A stretch of 64,000 nucleotides of DNA, taken from positions 1 to 64,000 of the forward strand of contig JAZKFH010000009.1 of the NCBI GenBank assembly GCA_040386535.1, given 5' to 3'. Shown here piece after piece: positions 60,449 through 64,000 of this stretch. Every line of letters starts with the position of its first letter. Within the stretch, counting starts at the first letter, position 1. This DNA comes from Myxococcota bacterium (GTDB lineage Bacteria > Myxococcota_A > UBA796 > SXON01). Position numbers and translations under genes: made by a program. The notes under the pieces were generated by a model. The model saw only the letters and a program-made list of their open reading frames with translations, did no database searches and was not told the origin of the DNA.

Positions 60449-62109
60449 GGCGCCGTGACAGGCGACGGGTCGTCGAAGGCCGCCGCCATGCGCTCACGGA
60501 ACAGCGTCCGTTCGATGCGATCGAGCAGAATCTGCAAGCCTTCTCCGGTCTTGGCGCTGACGGCCGACGCGTCCCAAGCGTCTACCAATGCGCGCACCCT
60601 CTCAGGGTCAGCTCGGTCGATCTGGTTCACCACGACCAGCGTGGGTGCGTCCGAAGCGCCGAGCTCCTTCAACACCTGGTCGACCGTGGCCTTTTGCGCC
60701 TCGGCCTCGTCATCGGCAGCGTCCACGATGTGGAGGAGGAGGTCGGCCTCCAGCGCCTCGTCGAGGGTGCTGCGGAAGGCGTGCACGAGATCTTTCGGCA
60801 GGTCGCGGATGAACCCGACGGTGTCGGTGAGGATGATCTCGCGGTCCTCGGGGAAGCGCATCCGGCGGGACGTGGGGTCGAGCGTGGCGAACAGCTTGTC
60901 CTCCGCATCGACCTTGCTCTGGGTCATGCGGTTCAGCAGCGTGGACTTTCCCGCGTTGGTGTAGCCGACGATCGCGACGAGCGGAAGGCCGACACGCTTG
61001 CGACGGTTCCGCCGCATGGTGCGTTCGCCGGCGATGTCGTCGAGCTGACGTTGCACGCGGTGCAGCCGTTCGTCCGCCCGGCGACGATTGATCTCGAGCT
61101 TGGTCTCACCCGGACCCTGGCCTCCGATTCCGCCGGTGAGGCGGCTCATCGCCGTGGGCATGATGGCGAGCCGCGGCTTGCGGTAGCGCAGCTGGGCGAG
61201 CTCCACCTGGAGCTTTCCCTCGCGAGTGGTGGCGCGCTGGCTGAAGATGTCGAGGATGAGCTGGGTGCGATCGAGCACCTTCAGATCGGTCTCGGTGGCG
61301 ATGTTCCGGAGCTGCGAGGGCGACAGCTCCTGATCGAACACCAGGACGTTGGCGCCGAGGTGCATACAGCGCAGCACCAGGTCCTTGAGCTTGCCTTCGC
61401 CTACGACGGTGCGCCCATCGAGCTCCCGCCGGACCTGCAGCACCGAGTCGGCGATCTGCAGCCCGGCTGTGTGCGCGAGCCGACCCAGCTCCTCGAGGGA
61501 GCGGCGGGCGCCGCGCGGATCACGGATGGCGACGCTCACGAGGACGGCGCTCTCCTTGCCCGCGACGGCACGAGCCTCCGCCGCGACGCGGAACTGGACC
61601 TCGAGGTCCCGGATGAACGAAGAGAAGTCCTCGTCCCAGCCGTGTACCGAGGGCACCTTCTCCACACGCCACATCTCCCCGCCACGCGCCGCGCCGGGGG
61701 CCAGGATGACCCCGTACTCCAGTGCGCCGGGGAGCCCGTCCGGCTGGGCCTGGATCACGACGACGGTGTCCAGCCGCAGGAGGGCCAGGTCTGTCAGGTC
61801 GTCCTTGCTGAGGCCCTCCCCGCGGAGGTGGGTGTGGACCAGGCGCAGGCCGCGGAAGCGCCCCGCACCGGCTCGCTCGCGCCCCAACTCGGGGATGAAG
61901 AGCTGATGCGCGTCCCCGACGATGACCTTGTCGACCATGCCGACGCGGTCGATGAGGAGCCCGACTTGCCGGTTGCACTCGCGCGACACCTCGGTGAGGC
62001 GGCGCGCGAGCTCGGGGGTGACGAAGCGCGTCGCGGGGATGCGGCGTTGGTAGAAGGACTGGAGGGCCTTGTTCTGGCTCGGCTTGAGGCCCTCGGTGTT
62101 TCCGAACAA
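60445..62109 (-). CDS. hflX: GTPase HflX (long N-terminal extension type)
   Basis: DRTQLILDIF..RA...EGKLQVELAQL.Y; GPGETKLE; GYTNAGKSTL; LFATLDPT; DTVGF. Confidence 0.96.
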   Translation of the reverse strand: MFGNTEGLKPSQNKALQSFYQRRIPATRFVTPELARRLTEVSRECNRQVGLLIDRVGMVDKVIVGDAHQLFIPELGRERAGAGRFRGLRLVHTHLRGEGLSKDDLTDLALLRLDTVVVIQAQPDGLPGALEYGVILAPGAARGGEMWRVEKVPSVHGWDEDFSSFIRDLEVQFRVAAEARAVAGKESAVLVSVAIRDPRGARRSLEELGRLAHTAGLQIADSVLQVRRELDGRTVVGEGKLKDLVLRCMHLGANVLVFDQELSPSQLRNIATETDLKVLDRTQLILDIFSQRATTREGKLQVELAQLRYRKPRLAIMPTAMSRLTGGIGGQGPGETKLEINRRRADERLHRVQRQLDDIAGERTMRRNRRKRVGLPLVAIVGYTNAGKSTLLNRMTQSKVDAEDKLFATLDPTSRRMRFPEDREIILTDTVGFIRDLPKDLVHAFRSTLDEALEADLLLHIVDAADDEAEAQKATVDQVLKELGASDAPTLVVVNQIDRADPERVRALVDAWDASAVSAKTGEGLQILLDRIERTLFRERMAAAFDDPSPVTAP

Positions 62110-62153
62110 CGTTTCGATGATTCGCTCCTGCGACGTTCCCTGGTCAGTGGCGA

Positions 62154-63386
62154 CTACTTGGTGGCGACGCGCTCGATGATCTGCGGCAGGTCGATCCCGA
62201 GCGCTCCCTTGAGCTCCTCCACGAGCGTGACGGCCCTGCGCGCGCTCACGTCCGCGTCGGGGGGGAGGACCGTGAGGCGATCCACCTTGACGTGCTGGAT
62301 GGTAGACACCAGGTGCCCCATCGTCGCCTGCAGTTTCTGCATCAGGAAGATGTCGCGAGAGGCGTCGCCACCGTTCTTCCAGGTGGTGATCATCTGCTCG
62401 AGCACGTGGTTGGTCGCGCGGCCGTCCTCCACGATCTTGGCGGCGGCGCCCTTCGCGTTCGAGCTCGCGGCTTCCATCTCCGCCTGTGCAGGCGCGATTA
62501 CGTCCGCTTCGAGCTGACGGCGCACCTGCTCGACGCGCGCGGCCTGCACCTTGAGCTCACCCTCCGCGCGGGCGACCATGGCCTTGACGCGGCCCACTTC
62601 CTCGGCGATGAGGGCCTCGCGCCGCGACAAGGTCTCCATGATGCGGCGCTCGGTCTGGGTGCGCGCGATCTCGATGTCGGACTCGAGCTCGGACACCCGA
62701 GCGCGCTCGCGCGATCCGGCGTCCTGGATGATCGAGCGTGCACGCGCGTTCGTCTCCGCGACCTTCGAGCGCATGATCAGGTCGGCCGAGCTCTTGCGGC
62801 CGATGCTGTTCAGGTAGCCCTTCTCGTCCGACACGTTCTGGATCTTCAGGGTGTCGAGCGCGAGTCCGAGGCGGGTGAGGTCGTGTTCGGCCTCTTCGAG
62901 GAGCTTCTCGGCGAAGGCGATCTTGTCCTCGTTCACCTGCTCGGGGGTGAGCTGGGAGAGGACGCCGCGCAGGTTGCCCTCGAGCGTGTCCTTCGCGACC
63001 TGGACGATGTCCTTGCGGGTGTAGCCGAGGAACCGTTCGATGGCGTTGTTCAGCACTGGCTCGTGACCGGAGATCTTGACGTTCGCCACCCCCTGCACCG
63101 TGAGCGGGATGCCGCCCTTGGAGTAGGCGTTGGTGACGGCCACCTCGATGATCATGTTGGTCAGGTCGACGCGGTCGACTGTTTCGAGCAGAGGAATGCG
63201 CACCGAGCGGCCGCCCTTGACGATGCGGTAGCCGACGCCCCGGCCCTCGAGCTGTCGCGTCGTGCCCGAGAAGATGAGGACCTCGTTGGGGCCACAGATG
63301 TAGAGGAGGTTTCGCAGCACCACGAGGGCGCACACGGCGAAGAAGCCGACGACGAAGAGGAGGACCAGGGGGACGAGGAGGCTCAC
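62154..63386 (-). CDS. Flotillin/SPFH-domain protein
   Basis: N-terminal TM; ICGPNEVLIFSG; NAYSKGGIPL.V.GVANVK; LEGNLRGVL..LTPE; coiled coil. Confidence 0.92.
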   Translation of the reverse strand: MSLLVPLVLLFVVGFFAVCALVVLRNLLYICGPNEVLIFSGTTRQLEGRGVGYRIVKGGRSVRIPLLETVDRVDLTNMIIEVAVTNAYSKGGIPLTVQGVANVKISGHEPVLNNAIERFLGYTRKDIVQVAKDTLEGNLRGVLSQLTPEQVNEDKIAFAEKLLEEAEHDLTRLGLALDTLKIQNVSDEKGYLNSIGRKSSADLIMRSKVAETNARARSIIQDAGSRERARVSELESDIEIARTQTERRIMETLSRREALIAEEVGRVKAMVARAEGELKVQAARVEQVRRQLEADVIAPAQAEMEAASSNAKGAAAKIVEDGRATNHVLEQMITTWKNGGDASRDIFLMQKLQATMGHLVSTIQHVKVDRLTVLPPDADVSARRAVTLVEELKGALGIDLPQIIERVATK

Positions 63387-64000
63387 GACTTGATCTCCGC
63401 GGACGAGGAGGAGCGGGCGAGGGCCCCGGTGACATCGACGCCGGTGGTGGCGCTGAGCTCTTGGAGCACCTGCTTGACCATGGCGGGGTAGCCGGAGACG
63501 AAGGCGGCGAGCGCCTTTCCGTCCCCCCGGTCGATGACGGTCACCTCCCCGACGGTGACGCTGTTCACTCGCGCCACGACGGTGGAGACGATCTGCTCCA
63601 GCTGTTGAATGAGGAAGATGTCGCGCGCGTCGTTCCCGGCCGAAGCCCAGGTGCGCGTGAGCATCTCGAGGACCTCGGCCATGCCGGCCCCGTTCTCCGC
63701 GATGATCGATGCCTCGCCACGGGCGCGGAGCGCCTCCGCCTGTTGCTGTGCGCGCGCGGGGAGCACGACCTCGGCGATGAGGCGCGTCTGCTCGAGCTTC
63801 TTTCGGATCTCCTGGAGCTCCTGCTCCGCCTCGGCGCGGGCCTCGGCGGCGAGCTGACCGGTCCGCTCCTCCTCCGACTTGGCCGTGCCCTCGAATTCCG
63901 CCTTGATCTTGCGGAGCTCGTTCTGCTTCTTCGCGATGCGGGCCTCGGCCTGCTCGACCGCGATCTTTCCGCCCTGGTTCGCCAGCGCCTCGGCCATCTC
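63383..64000 (-). CDS. Flotillin-family protein, C-terminal part (5' partial)
   Basis: Ala/Glu coiled coil, A.VV.PA, ARDIFLIQQL, TGVDV; parallels the C-terminus of the downstream flotillin. Stop overlaps its start. Confidence 0.85.
   Translation of the reverse strand, partial: EMAEALANQGGKIAVEQAEARIAKKQNELRKIKAEFEGTAKSEEERTGQLAAEARAEAEQELQEIRKKLEQTRLIAEVVLPARAQQQAEALRARGEASIIAENGAGMAEVLEMLTRTWASAGNDARDIFLIQQLEQIVSTVVARVNSVTVGEVTVIDRGDGKALAAFVSGYPAMVKQVLQELSATTGVDVTGALARSSSSAEIKS

Overview
This is a very GC-rich, densely coding bacterial chromosomal window. Its gene content looks like Myxococcota/deltaproteobacteria: MopE-type Cys/Asp repeats, FG-GAP lipoproteins, (DT)n-linker lipoproteins and an NtrC/sigma54 system (taxonomy is inferred). 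The left end holds the start of a minus-strand contractile-injection-like spike module: PAAR, a Zn-ribbon SAM methyltransferase and two tandem gpV/Gp5-OB spike genes. The second spike gene is missing from the supplied ORF track, carries a Gly/Ser tail of at least 197 codons and runs off the window. The middle is a mix of secreted lipoproteins and housekeeping genes: M32 carboxypeptidase, YkgJ plus nuclease-DinG helicase, patatin, MFS, cysQ-like, glgC, OmpA, hutI, tatA, RluA, Lon-like protease and lnt. An unannotated ~160-nt putative sRNA lies at ~28615-28777 (-), with its own -35/-10 promoter, rod-like hairpin and terminator. The right half is a proteostasis block: groES/groEL (with a sigma54 site) divergent from dnaK-dnaJ-moxR-DUF58-bat genes. 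It is followed by a B12 radical SAM gene, a GNAT, an NtrC/HK pair, two PPIases, pdxA, three paralogous small lipoproteins (one spanning a perfect 39-bp palindrome), hflX and two flotillins. I saw no rRNA, tRNA, CRISPR array or transposase. All functional calls come from motif recognition by eye; no database searches were run.
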